64,000 nt of DNA from Selaginella moellendorffii (taxonomy: Eukaryota; Plantae; Lycopodiophyta). Below, piece by piece: positions 1 through 12,014 of the stretch (its first letter is position 1; each line of letters opens with the position of its first letter). A program made the position numbers and the translations under genes. The stretch lies in contig NW_003314275.1 in the NCBI RefSeq assembly GCF_000143415.4, forward strand, positions 1,903,419 through 1,967,418, in the 5' to 3' direction. Under the pieces are notes generated by a model. That model was not told the DNA's origin and did not search any database. It saw nothing but the letters and a program-made list of their open reading frames with translations.

Positions 1-3000
1 TGTCTATGAGGAGGTTGTGTACCGATATGAGTCTATCTCGTGATCTTCACTTTAGTTTTGACTAAGTGTTGATCATGCATAGCTAACCTCTTCAAGGCAT
101 GCTCAGAGCTATTGACTAGATGTGTTGGTGAGTTTAATGCAGTTGAGTTGGATTCGAGTGGTCATTTTTCGTGTTTGTCCATGAACCTTTATCTCGTACC
201 TGGGGTATTACGTTCATGTTGGACAAGAATATGACTCAATGACATGAGTTCAGTGTTGGGTCTTGTGAAGGCAAGTTGAAGAGTGATTGTTGGTTGCTTT
301 GCAACTAGTGATTGCTTGTAGACTTTGTCAAGGACTGCTGACACTTGCTTCGCTCGATGATGATTTAGCAATGATGGGTTTGTTTTACCGAATGGTGTTG
401 CGGAGGATCATGTCGTTAGACTTACATGGGTTTTCCATGTTGCATGTCGACTCTACCTTTGTCGATATCATTTGGTTGTGTTTAGTCTGTGGTGTTGGAT
501 TTCATTGAGTCTTGGACGTGGTGAATCACTCCTTGAGGAAGTGTTATCTATAACTGAGTTTTCCTGAAGAACTAGTCTCAGATACTGAGTAAAGTATCTT
601 TGACTTTGGTTAGCTTGGTTGCTAGAGAGCTTTGAGTGGTGATTCACTTTTGCTTTCTTCTAGCTTTGTTATAGTGTTGATGGCATTGAAGTGATGTCTT
701 GTTATTGACATTGTTGATGCTGAGATTTGAGTGAAATAAGATGTCTTTCCGAAGGATTGATATTGAGTTTCATTAGTCTCGATGAAGATAGTGTTGATGA
801 TTTGGCTATGGCTTGTGTTATTGGCATTCGTGCATTTGCTAGTTAGCAACTGTATTGACGTTCAAATGAACTGAGTGGCAAGTTGAGTTAGTTGTGTTCT
901 GGACGAAATTATTTAGTAAAGGTTGAGCTTTGAGCTTTTCCTTGAAAAGTGATTTAGTCATGGACAACACTAACTCTACAAGAGGAAGAGTTAGTGATTA
1001 ATATTGAAGTGATCAAATCCTTGTTGGATTTGAGTTGGAATATATTGATCACTGATGATTTTTCTTGTACTTGCTATGAAGTAAGTTACGTCTTGCTATA
1101 GATGGATTCATGGAGGATTGTTTGGTGATCACTTGTTGAGCATAATTTCGTTATGCTTCGCTTTTGGATTGATTTGGATATGCTCTTCATTAGCTTTGCA
1201 TTATGAAGTTTAGCTTATGGATTTGTTGAGGAGGATGTTGTGGGTTGTACTATGATTTCTTCTTTAGCATTGAAATTAGTTTATGCAAGACTCGTGATCA
1301 TTATAGGCAAGACTTTGCTATAGGCTTCTTCGAGCTTTTGGTTCTTTGAGTTTTTATGCTCATTGTTCTATTTGTTAGAAGTAGTTGGGGAAAGCATTTT
1401 TGCTTATTAGCTTCGATGTTGAAGTTGGCTTTTGCATCTAGCAATCATTGGTGATGATTGACTTTCATTTAGGACAGTTGATTATCCTTGTCAAAAAGTT
1501 TTACTTGATTATTGTTGATATAGAATGATTCACTATTCTTCGGGATGGTGGATTCCTTCTTTGACAATGATTCTGCATCTCTTTATAGATGGGATGATTG
1601 ATGATCTTTCATGATGGTTCGTTATTCTCTTTGATGGCTTATGGCTTTTCGCAATGCCACATGTTTTTTTGTGGTTTGGTCTAGAGTGGTCTCTTGGGTT
1701 TGAGACATCGATAGGATGTTGCTGACACTTGCTTGAGCAACTCTGGTTCCTTGGTATTGTTGACCGGGATCTATTCAGATTGGCTTCTATGATAGTTGGC
1801 ATGAATCAGTGTTTGTTGGTCTTACCACATTCATTCTGTTCTGTTGATTATTGCTCAAGTTACTTCTGATAGATTGAATGTTATTACCTTTGGGTGATAC
1901 ATTCGCAAGCATCTTGCTTGCCAGTCACTAATACTTTGTATTCTTTGAGTTAGCTTTTGGAAGTTATTTATCATACTGTCTATAATCTTTGATAGTTAAG
2001 TTTTATCATTGAGTATTCTTGATGATGCACTTGCTATTGAATTTTGTTGGATGGTATTCCTATGTTTACCAATTATGATGATCTTGGTGGTTCATATACT
2101 CTAATACTGGTTTATCAGATGATAACTTCCTTGGAATACTTTTGTGTTCTCATATAAGTTTTATTCACTGATAATTAAGACTCTAAGATATCATTGTTTA
2201 ATGACTTTAATATTGTCCATTTATTGATCTTTGAGTTTGGGCCAGTATAGGTAGACTGGCTTCGGCACTTTAGGTGCATGGTGAAATCTCTAGTCATGGG
2301 GTAGCTACTGTCAACTGGTCACATAACCCGCCTCTCTATCGATGTTCCTTATTCTGTTAAAAGGGCGTGACCGTGTAAACAACTCTAACTGCCTGTTTAC
2401 AGTAGTCTATCTAAACCTTACCGACGGGTTTGGTTTCTTTGCTCAGGAGGGTTGGGGCCTCTGGCTTCTCTCTCTATGTCCTTGCGGGCAGGGGCGTATC
2501 ACACTTTTGTAGCTGGGTGACACCCAGAGCAGCAAGGGCGGCTGACTCCGTTGGTCATTTCCTTGTCGGCGACGGCTGGAAGGTGTCTGAGCTGGTAGCG
2601 CATCCGCGTTAGACAAAGAAGTTACCCCTAACTCATTTAAGTTGGTGCATTTCTCACATAGTGTGAGTACCGTGAACTTTTTCTGGAGTTGTTTCCTTGG
2701 CGGTATTCTAGACTCGAGTGTGCATCGACGAGGACATTGATCTTCCCTAGGGGGGGAGAGTGTCGTGAATGTAACTTTGGGTATCGAAAGTTACCTGTCG
2801 GCTAGTCCTTTCAGATATTCTTTCCTTACTGCCACGACGGCAGGAGATCGGTATTGCTGGACCCGTTATTAGTTTCCCACTTGAGCTAGTTGAGAAACTG
2901 GTCAATGACCATGCACTTAGATTGGATAAACATAAGGTAGGAACCCTATGTGTTTCTTGCTGAGCATACTCGGCCTGGTTTGAGAAACTTAAGTCATTGG

Positions 3001-3890
3001 CTTGCGTTTGCTAGTATCAAGAACCCCTGCGTTATTGAGATTGGTCCCTCAATATTCACTAGATGATAGCTTACTGTGTCTGCCAAACACCCTCGCTATC
3101 ATGCCCTTTGTGTTAGTCTCATTGTGGTCCCAAATGCTAATTATGGAAAGTGTCTAGATTTGCTCATTTGGCATATCTACGGAATGTAGAGATCGGCCTG
3201 AACACAATGGTGTTCGTCCCGTGTCCAAATTCGCAATCTAGTGCCATTCTATATTTAGTAAGTTTCAAACTTGTCCCAGAGACTAACTTCTGATACTAAG
3301 GGAGGCTTGGGGTGAAAGCCTAAAGCGTGTGTTCTTGAAGGGGGGGGGGGCTATGGGGGGTTCCAAATGTATAGTAGGGATAGTGGGTAAGTCGGGCATG
3401 GCCGACCAACCTGAGGCATAGTCTAGCTCCCGCTTGCGTGCCTGTCCTTGTTCTGCGTCTGGCTTGGGTCTAAGCCTAAGCTCCACACCATGCTAGCTGG
3501 TGGAGTACCCATGTCCTCGCGTTAGGCCACCGGTATGCTGAAATAGCGCCAGACTCTGTTTGGCTCCGTTTTGCGTGCTGGTCTTGGCATTGGGATGCTG
3601 GTTACTCTAGGACTATTCCAAGTCGCTCCGAACCCCTATCCCTTCACTCCTTGGGCTTTATGCTCGGGAGTTGCTTCGTAGTTCGGTTCCGTCACTCTTT
3701 GGCTTCATGCTTGGGAGTTTGGCACCGTTCCTTCGTTCAGTGGCCCAAGGCTCTGAACCTCGGGTTCCTATGGACATGTGGCATATGACACGTGGCACAA
3801 AGAGGGTTAGGTTCTGCTTCCAGGATTTACCGTAGTGTTATCCTATGGTAAATCACCATAGAATAAAGGGTAAAAACCACGTGCGCTACA
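1..3890 (+). mobile_element. 3' part of family-B LTR retroelement (decayed internal region 1-2760, 3' LTR 2761-3890); 5' part lies outside the window
   Basis: Polypurine tract AGGGGGGGAGAG at 2749-2760 directly precedes TGTCGTGAAT...GTGCGCTACA (2761-3890). The same LTR recurs as a solo copy at 45069-46216. Confidence 0.85.
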
Positions 3891-6824
3891 AAATTAGCCT
3901 TTTCTGGCCAAACTAGCTCCATTGCAGTCCTCCCCCTTACTATACTTTTGGAGCTCACCAAACCCCTCAAGGTCTGGGAGACGAACGCTTTGGGCTTTCA
4001 CCCTCTCAGACTCGAACTCGGACTCGGACTCGGACTCGGACTCAGACTCGGACTCGGACTCGGACTCGAACTTGGGCTCGGTCTCAGCCTCGACCTCGGC
4101 CTCAGTCTTGGTCCCGATCTCGGTCTCAGTCTCGGTCCCGGTCTTGGTCTTGGTTCTGGTCTCGGTCTTGGTCTCGACCTCGAACTCCATCTCGGGTCCA
4201 TCTCCGACTCCATTTCGAACTCCATCTTGGACTCCATCTCGGGTCCATCTCGGACTCCATCTCGGGTCCATCTCGGACTCCATCTCAGACACTTCCACGT
4301 GTCATGTGTCAGTCCTCTTGTATCCCTTTTCTAGAGACTCATTTATCTCTCACTTCGTACTTGTTCCTTGAGCACTTTGCTGGGAGTTCCACTCCCGCTC
4401 TTGACCTTTCAAGTTGGAGCTTTTAGTCCAAACGTGTTACGCTCGTTTGGTTTTGGTTTCGGCCACTACCACATGGCACCCTTCTGGCTCCACTTTGGGG
4501 CCTAGGGATTTTGCCTCTCACAACTCCACCACCCATAGACAAAGTTCGATGTCCTCATCGAACAGTAAACCCTTTTATAAAGTAACACCCGAATGTATTA
4601 CGATTTCCATCCTTGGCACCCAGCCAATATTTGTCTATGGTTTGACACTGAAGGCTCACCATGCCTTGTCCATCCTCTAAGGAGCATAGTCTCTCCAACA
4701 TAGAGACTCATTCGACCACCTGGGGTGGTTTGCTCCCTTTTATTGGTTCAGTTCCCGCTAAACCCATTAAAGACACCTTCTCTAACTCAATTCCACTACT
4801 CATTCTCGAGTAGTCTCAGATTCCATCAACATAACCTTTGCACTTTGGAACTTTTAATTTTGACTTCTCAAAGTCAATTTCCTAGATGTCTCTGACACCT
4901 TGCATTGCACATATTGTGCAACTCCACTTCCCCCTGCTAAGAAGTTCTCTACTTGAGGGCACCATCATCCTCTCTTCGATTTCGTGCCACCTTTGGCACT
5001 AAGTTCCAGTTATCATAATTTGTGCTAGGGCTGTCCACGGCCCTATCATTTGGCTACCTTACCGCTCCCACCCTTGGAGCTTCCACTTTCGCCAAATAGA
5101 AGTAATTGGGAATCCATTCTTGGGAACACATTGCCTTTCCCACAATCTGTTAGCCCCCAATACTTTTCTATTCTTGGCCTAACTTTGCCATTTGGATTCT
5201 TTCCCATGATTCCCATGGCTCTTTACTTAGCCACTAGTATTTTGCTCCTATCCTTGATTGTTGTGCCTAGCAACATGGGATTGCTACCTCCATTTTTGAA
5301 GTATCCTTTTAATCCCATAGCAAAGACTTTGATTTGCCAAGTTCAGAGGGTGTTCACCCTTAGTACGTCTCCTTAGCATTTTTTGCTATGGGCTCTATCA
5401 CAGCCTAACTTTGAGACCCTCCTATGAATCTCTTATATAGACTACTTTCTTCGGATTTATTATGCCATCGCATTGACATATTTCATTTCCCTTAGGTGTT
5501 CTTCCCACTTGGTCACCTTGACCAAGCCACACCATCATCAATAGTTCTAATCAACAGTTTAAACTTGGAATTTTATCCCCTAACCTCACAAGGACCTTAT
5601 CCTTGTTTTGGCCATAAGATCACATAGTGATCTAACCTTGGCACCTTAATAAGTTTGCCAATAGGTACTAGGTCTTCTATACCTTTAAGTTGTTCATCAT
5701 GACCCCGGGGGCATCCCCCACACTTGGCGGTGCACCCAAGCCAGCCCATCTGGCCAATGGTCCATAGCAACTGAGACTGGGTGTCCCCATCTCTTTCACC
5801 ACGTCCTTGGTGCCACTTGTACCAAAGTGTTCAAGCTAGATATGTCGAGCTTTCACACTAAGCAATCTAGCCATGCATCACGACTTCGAGGCATCCCTCG
5901 CTTGGCGGTGTGCCCAAACCAGTCTCCCCACTGAGAGTCCATGACCACCGAAATATGAGTGTCCTCATATTCCAAACCATCACCACATCCTAGTGAGTTG
6001 GGACTCGAACCCAAGCACTAGAGGGTCGAGACTCGAACCTAACCTCCATATATTCATCTATGGACGGCATCACACAGGATGCCTAGCGTGACTCCCCACG
6101 CCGGTGCACCATCCTACACTTAAAGTGTGCTACAGATCACAACTTAGGAACTTAGTTCCTCCACACTGCCAAGTCCTCTCACTTGACAAGTTTGTGATCA
6201 TGCATGGACTCTTCCATGCTTGGCCCTATAGGCCACCCTTTTGAAGTTGGCTCCTTCAACTAGGGTATTCGTTCCCTCAACTTGCCAATCTCACTTAGTA
6301 AGTCATCCGACCACCGTAACATGGTTCTGAAAGTCCTTAACCATCGACTTTTGTTCAAAGCCCTCTCTTTAAACACTCGGGAATTACTTCCCTAACCTTG
6401 ATAGCATCGCCTCTCGGCAAGCTTCGAGACCATGCTTCTGCTGCGCTACTCTGATTTCGCGCGCTCTATAAACCATTTACACTTGGGTGTGTAGGTACTT
6501 ATCTACCTAGAGGGAACATTCAAGGAACTCTGTTCCTTAGCTTGCTAAGGTCTTTCCTTTCGTAAGCTTTCCAATTGCCATATAGTCTAACATGGACAAT
6601 CCTATGTTTTAGACTCTCTATGGCATCGCAGTCGTTAGTAACAACATGCTTGAGCACCCACTTGATTCTCCACTCCCAACTTGCATAACCACCCTTGGTC
6701 ATGCTTGTCAATTCCTATGGTTTGGATCTATCTCTTTACTACTTGCTTTTTGGCCTCATACATTTCCTTTGGTCATTCTACTCCAAATTAGGAAGATAGC
6801 TTTGCACTTTCTACCATGCCTTGG
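3891..6824 (-). mobile_element. Family-C element C0, 3' portion (truncated 3' LTR 3891-4522, PPT from 4523, internal region)
   Basis: Reverse complement of the family-C LTR start (TGTGAGAGGC ends at 4522), adjacent to PPT GGGTGGTGGAGT. The internal region matches the reverse complement of 10138-10456 plus 24010-26007. Confidence 0.85.
4009..4290. repeat. LTR-internal tandem array (GAGTCC/GAGACC hexamers and GAGATGGAGTCC/GAGATGGACCC 11-12-mers)
   Basis: Directly visible. Related arrays occur at about 7059-7430, 26240-27092, 30453-30940, 34062-34520, 35520-35790, 41900-42175, 47497-47750 and 62180-62378. They generate the many low-complexity ORFs. Confidence 0.9.
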
Positions 6825-9800
6825 TGTGAGACACAAAATCCCTAGGCCCCAAAGTGGAGCCAGAGGGGCGCCACATGGAAGTGGCCGAAGCGAAAGCCAA
6901 ACGAGCATAACACGTTTGGACTAAAAGCTCCACCTTGAAAGGTCGAGAGCGGGAGTGGAACTCCCAACGAAGTGCTCAAGGAACAAGCACAAAGAGAGCA
7001 ATAAGCAAGGCTCCAAAAAGGGACTCAAAAGGACCAACACATGACACGTGGAAGTGTCCGAGATGGACCCGAGTTGGAGTCCGAGGTGGAGTCCGAGGTG
7101 GAGTCCGAGATGGACTCGAGATGGAGTCCGAGATGGAGTCCAAAATGGACCCGAGATGGAGTCCGAGATGGACCCGAGATGGAGTCCGAGATGGAGTCCG
7201 AGATGGAGTCCGAAATGGACCCGAGATGGAGTCCGAGATGGACCCGAGGTGGAGTCCGAGATGGACCTGAGATGGAGTCCAAAGTCGAGACCGAGACCGG
7301 GACCGAGACCGGGACCGAGACCGGGACCGAGACTGAGACCGAGATCGAGACCGAGACCGAGACTGAGACCGAGTCTGAGTCTGAGTCCGAGTCCGAGTCC
7401 GAGTTCGAGTCCGAGTCCGAGTTCGAGTCTGAGAGGGTGAAAACCCAAAGCGTTTGTCTCCCAGACCCTGGGGGGTTTGGTGAGCTCCAAAAGTATAGTA
7501 GGGGGAGGACTGCAGTGGAGCCAGTTTGGCCAGGAAAGGCCAGTTTGGCCCAGGAAGGCCGGACCCAGTGTTGGGTGATGAGCTGCCCACTGGGAAGTCC
7601 AAGACTAGAGTGAACACAAGCCGACAAGCGGGGTAGCTTGGTGAAGTGTTCAAGAGCCGGCTCTAGTTCCCCCGGGAGATCGACTAGCCGATGCTCCCAG
7701 TCCAAGTGTGGGTGGCACTACCTACTTGGATACCTGGTGTGGCTCAACGGAACCTCGCTCTAAGCCCATGGCTAGAGCACCCAAAGGCAGAAGGCGAGGA
7801 GAGTACCCATGAAGCCCGTGTAGGGCCACGGTGTTCCAAAATGTTGTCCCAAAGTCCCAGACTGTGGAAAGGAAAAGGAGTAGCCCTCTGGTGTGGTGAC
7901 AAAGGACACGGTCACCTAGTGAGGAAGTCCCAGAGGACAGTTGGACTTAGAGGTTGGGCTTGCAGGCCTTGATCTAATGGCAGTGTTGGTGAACATGGCC
8001 ATCGACAGAGAGGGACTTGGTGGGGACCGGAAAAGATATTGGGGAAGGTTATTCCCCAAGTCTGCGAGCATCCTAAGGATGCTAAGGAGTGGATCTGGGA
8101 TGATCACTCATGGATGGACGGCCTAGTCTATGAGAGACGGGATTGCAATGTAGGTGGTGTTGGACCACCGATGTGACCAAGGTGAACAGGTATGGCCTTA
8201 GCGTAACGGGACGATATGTCGGTGGTACCTTGGGGTGTCAATCATGGGATCGGACACGGGGAGCACTTGGACCAAGTGCTAAGGTTGAGTGGCATGGATG
8301 CCATTCTCGGGGCTAGCAAGCCCCAAGTCTTGAGTTGGACTTATGGAGGTTGTGAATGAGACTCCTCCAAGTGGTCAGAGGTGTGGTTAAGTGACTAAAG
8401 TAGAATGGAAAAATTAGTCGTTTACAATTTGGTATTGGAGTTGTTCCTTAGTCCGACTTTTATTGGTGCTCAAGTATATCACCATTGGTGTTGGCATCGG
8501 AAGGTCCAAGGAGTAGTAGGTCGGGAAGACATGGCTCTCCATTATAGCTCATGTGTGAACTTGTAGACACGGTGGTGGATAGAAAAGGGCCAATAATGGA
8601 ACGACTTTGGGATCTTGGGAACAGTGCAAGGTTTTCCTCATTGAGTTGAGGATGTGATCCGGATGAGCATTTGGCTCATCAAATTGACTAAGGTAGTTTT
8701 GATAAACAACTATAGTTGGGATCACGGGAAAGATAGAGACTCCAAAACAATAAAGGAGTCATAAGATTATCCTCACATAGTTGAGGCAAGTGCTCATAAA
8801 TTTGAGACTGGAATTGATGACCGTGGGAGGTCAAATACGAAAGAGGACACAAGTCCTTGAAATGGTAGCCGGGGCTACCTCTAATAAATGTTGGAACAAC
8901 CCAAGGAGTTGGGGGTGTACTCAAAGGATGACTCATCACATAGACAAGTGGTCCTAAGGGGCAAAAGGTTGCCCTAAGAGACCAAATCAAGTGTCGGAGT
9001 AACACTTGCAAAGATGGTCCTTGTGAGCAGGACTTGAATACAAGAAGTTGTATTCCAGCGAGTTGGCACCTCGAAGACTAAAACCTCGCAGGTCGTTAGA
9101 TTAGCAAAGTCTAAAATGCTGGATGACTCAAGTGGAGTCAGGGAATGGCCCTAAAGGATTGGTTGAAGCATTTGGACTAAGGTGTATGGTGCCCCATGAA
9201 GTATGGGGAGGATCATAAGATCCAAGGATGTGAACAGTAGGTATCTCATTGAGGACAGAATGTGCCATGCTAAAGTTGTGGGAAAGATGTTCCCAAAAGA
9301 AAGCAACTTTGGCCTAGAGTTGGGTGCAAACACTATGGTGCAATGCTAATGGATAATTGGCATAAGAGACAACCATATTAGTCTTGGCAAAAAGACCTAG
9401 ACACAAGTAAGAAGTGTCATAAAGGTAGGCTCGTGGAGCCGATGGTATGGAGACATCGAATGTGCCAAGGCGTGCTGCCTTGAGGTCAAGTTGGCGGGTT
9501 TATGAGAACCCCGTCCAAAGGAATCCTAACGGAAATGGGAATAGCATAGCCTATGCTGGAAGGCATGCGGTTAAAGTGTGGTGACCCAGATAATGATTGA
9601 GGTGTGGAAGCACCAGCAATGAGTTGTAGGACTTGACAATTATGAAGCAACTAAGCAAAAGGTGCAAAATAATTCGTTAAACTGGTAGAAGGCAACTACC
9701 TAAGACTTCTTATTGGGATAAAGAAGTTAGATATACCTTTATGAGGGATAAATTGCTTATGTTGCAATGTAGTAAATCAATGTCGAAAAGGGAATGTTCG

Positions 9801-11116
9801 TTATCAGAGAGGCCATCATTGGGACACCCAGACACTCTAGAACACCAAAAGGTGTTGTTTGGTGTCGTGAGGGCAATGGACAATGCCCAAGGGACAAAGT
9901 CCCTAGAGAATGATGGATAAGAGGTGCTATCCAAATGTCCAAGGTTGTGGAGACGAGAGAAGTCCGTCTACCCGAATTGAACAAAGCCAAAAGGGGATTT
10001 TGGCAAGGCTAGGGATAGGCATATAAAGGCCCATAAGTAGCAACGGTAATCCTAGGGTATGGGATTACAAGGTGGGCACACCCGGATTGAGAAACCACTC
10101 CTAGGTTGTCAGGTAGGTTCATCCCTATGAATACTTGCCAAGGCATGGTAGAAAGTGCAAAGCTATCTTCCTAGTCTGGAGGAGAATAATTGAAGGAAAT
10201 GAATGAGGCTAAAAAGGCAAGTAGTAAAGAGATAGAACCGAACCATGGGAATTGACAGGCATGACCAAGGGTGGTTATGCAAGTTGGGAGTGGAGAATCA
10301 AATGGGTGCTCAAGCATGTTGTTAGTAACAATTGGGATGCCATAGAGAGTCTAGAACATGGGATTGTCCATGTTAGACTATATGGCAATTGGAAAGCTTG
10401 TGAAAGGAGAGACCTTAGCAAGCTAAGGAACAGAGTTCCTTGAACATTCCTCCTAGATGCTCTATTTCGTTAAAGTGGGATTTATTCAGTAAAATGGGAC
10501 TAGGTACAAATTTTCAAGTATTTGAAAATGACGTGAAATTATATGTTTTTTGTCCAGGGGCTAGACATATCTGGGGCATGGTGACTAGCACGGTGACTTT
10601 GTGTCCAGATTGAGTCCATCTGGTTGTATAATAAATCTCATTGTCAAGGTGAATAAGCCGAATCTGAAGCTAAAGAAGAGCGATGGCATGCGCGCACACA
10701 CTATTTGTTTGTTCATTGAGCGTGTGGTGAGCTTTCCAAGATGAACGTCATTCCTATTAGCCAGACATATAACTTAATGGTAAGAACATTTAGATATTAT
10801 TCAATGTTATCTTTTTCTAACGAATCTAATTGTGAAGGTGTAGCAAGAGGCATTGCTAGTCTGGAGAAGTCATTTAACTCATTTGACCCTTAGTGTATTT
10901 TCATGAAACTAAATAACATTCATATTATTAAGGAATTTCTCTAGTACCTTTTTTTTACGACATAGAGGCTTGCATTTCTTTCAAAGGTGATTTAGTAAAA
11001 GGCCTGAGGGCACATGCCATTCTATTTCTCAGACCGGTATTAAGATATACTAGTGCAAAGGGAAAAAGGTATTTGGTGATCAAGTAAATGGCATGAGGGC
11101 ACACGCCATTATAAGC

Positions 11117-11476
11117 CTAAGCGCTAGTGGACACCTCCTTTTTGGTACTCTCAGCAGTACTATCATCCTTCTCCGGGTCAGTTGTTTTGCTTTGGATTGT
11201 TGTCTTTGACGTTACTGGGGCGTTCTCGATAGTTGTTAATGTTGCCGTTTGTTCAGAAAAATGATCACCTGGAGTATAGTACGGGGAGTTTGGAAGACTT
11301 ATATATTCTACATCTTCACCTATCTCCTTCTCCGTCTCCTTTTCTGCCTCACTTACAGATTTTGTGCTTGCCATGAGAACGCTCTTCACCCTAAAATATG
11401 GAGTTCGTTGTGTTATAAAAGGAAACCAACACACACACTGCAAGGGAATGATGGTACATAAAGCACGTAAGCCCAC
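11117..11476 (-). CDS. Small acidic S/T-rich ORF inside the DNA transposon (possible third gene; ATG start MASTKSV gives about 84 aa)
   Basis: Open in both transposon copies (also 56567-56926, plus strand). An acceptor-like TTTTAG lies just upstream of the ATG. No recognisable domain; the copies are too similar for conservation to prove function. Confidence 0.35.
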   Translation of the reverse strand: MGLRALCTIIPLQCVCWFPFITQRTPYFRVKSVLMASTKSVSEAEKETEKEIGEDVEYISLPNSPYYTPGDHFSEQTATLTTIENAPVTSKTTIQSKTTDPEKDDSTAESTKKEVSTSA

Positions 11477-12014
11477 AATATGGGTTTATGTGCCATTAAT
11501 ATGGGCCACACGCCATATTATTAGATTTATGCACGTGTGATTGGTAAATGCATATGTCACATCATCTTTGTTTTACCTCACATACTATATCAGGCCCAAT
11601 GAACTATATCACATGTGCGCACATGCTATATATATGGAGAAGTATTATGCAAGGATAGAAAAATTCAATGCATGATTGTGGAGAGCAATGGCATGAAGCC
11701 ACATGCTAAATAACATTTTAGAGAAAGAATTAAAATAAAAACATGCAAACAATACTGAGTGGACCAAGACTTAGAAGTGCACAATTGAATGAGGTATTTC
11801 TAATAAATATCTCACTCACCTCATATAAAAATGGCTACCACTCTCAAATGGCGTATCGCCTCATGCCATCACCTCGCAATTTGTTATAACAATCCGATGA
11901 ATTCATATTTGGCTTGTTCACCTTAAACTTTAAGTAAGATTTGCTAGAACAACTAAGAATTTATACTTGTTATTTGTATCATCTCACCTAGGAATGGCGT
12001 AAGGCCACATGCCA

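Noticed and set aside
7571-7602. 5S C-box-like TGGGTGA..CTGGGAAGTCC in family-C LTRs
   Set aside because: Short match with wrong spacing and no A-box; variable between copies.
6921-7705. Stacked 110-290 aa ORFs (ESESES, LGLGLG, SRSRSR) here and at about 3.9, 26, 30.5, 34, 35.5, 42 and 62 kb
   Set aside because: Translations of stop-free LTR tandem repeats, open in several frames; not genes.
9753-9800. Possible relic Gag zinc knuckle in the family-C interior (CLCCNVVNQC..REC)
   Set aside because: Needs a frameshift and lacks the His; too weak without a consensus search.
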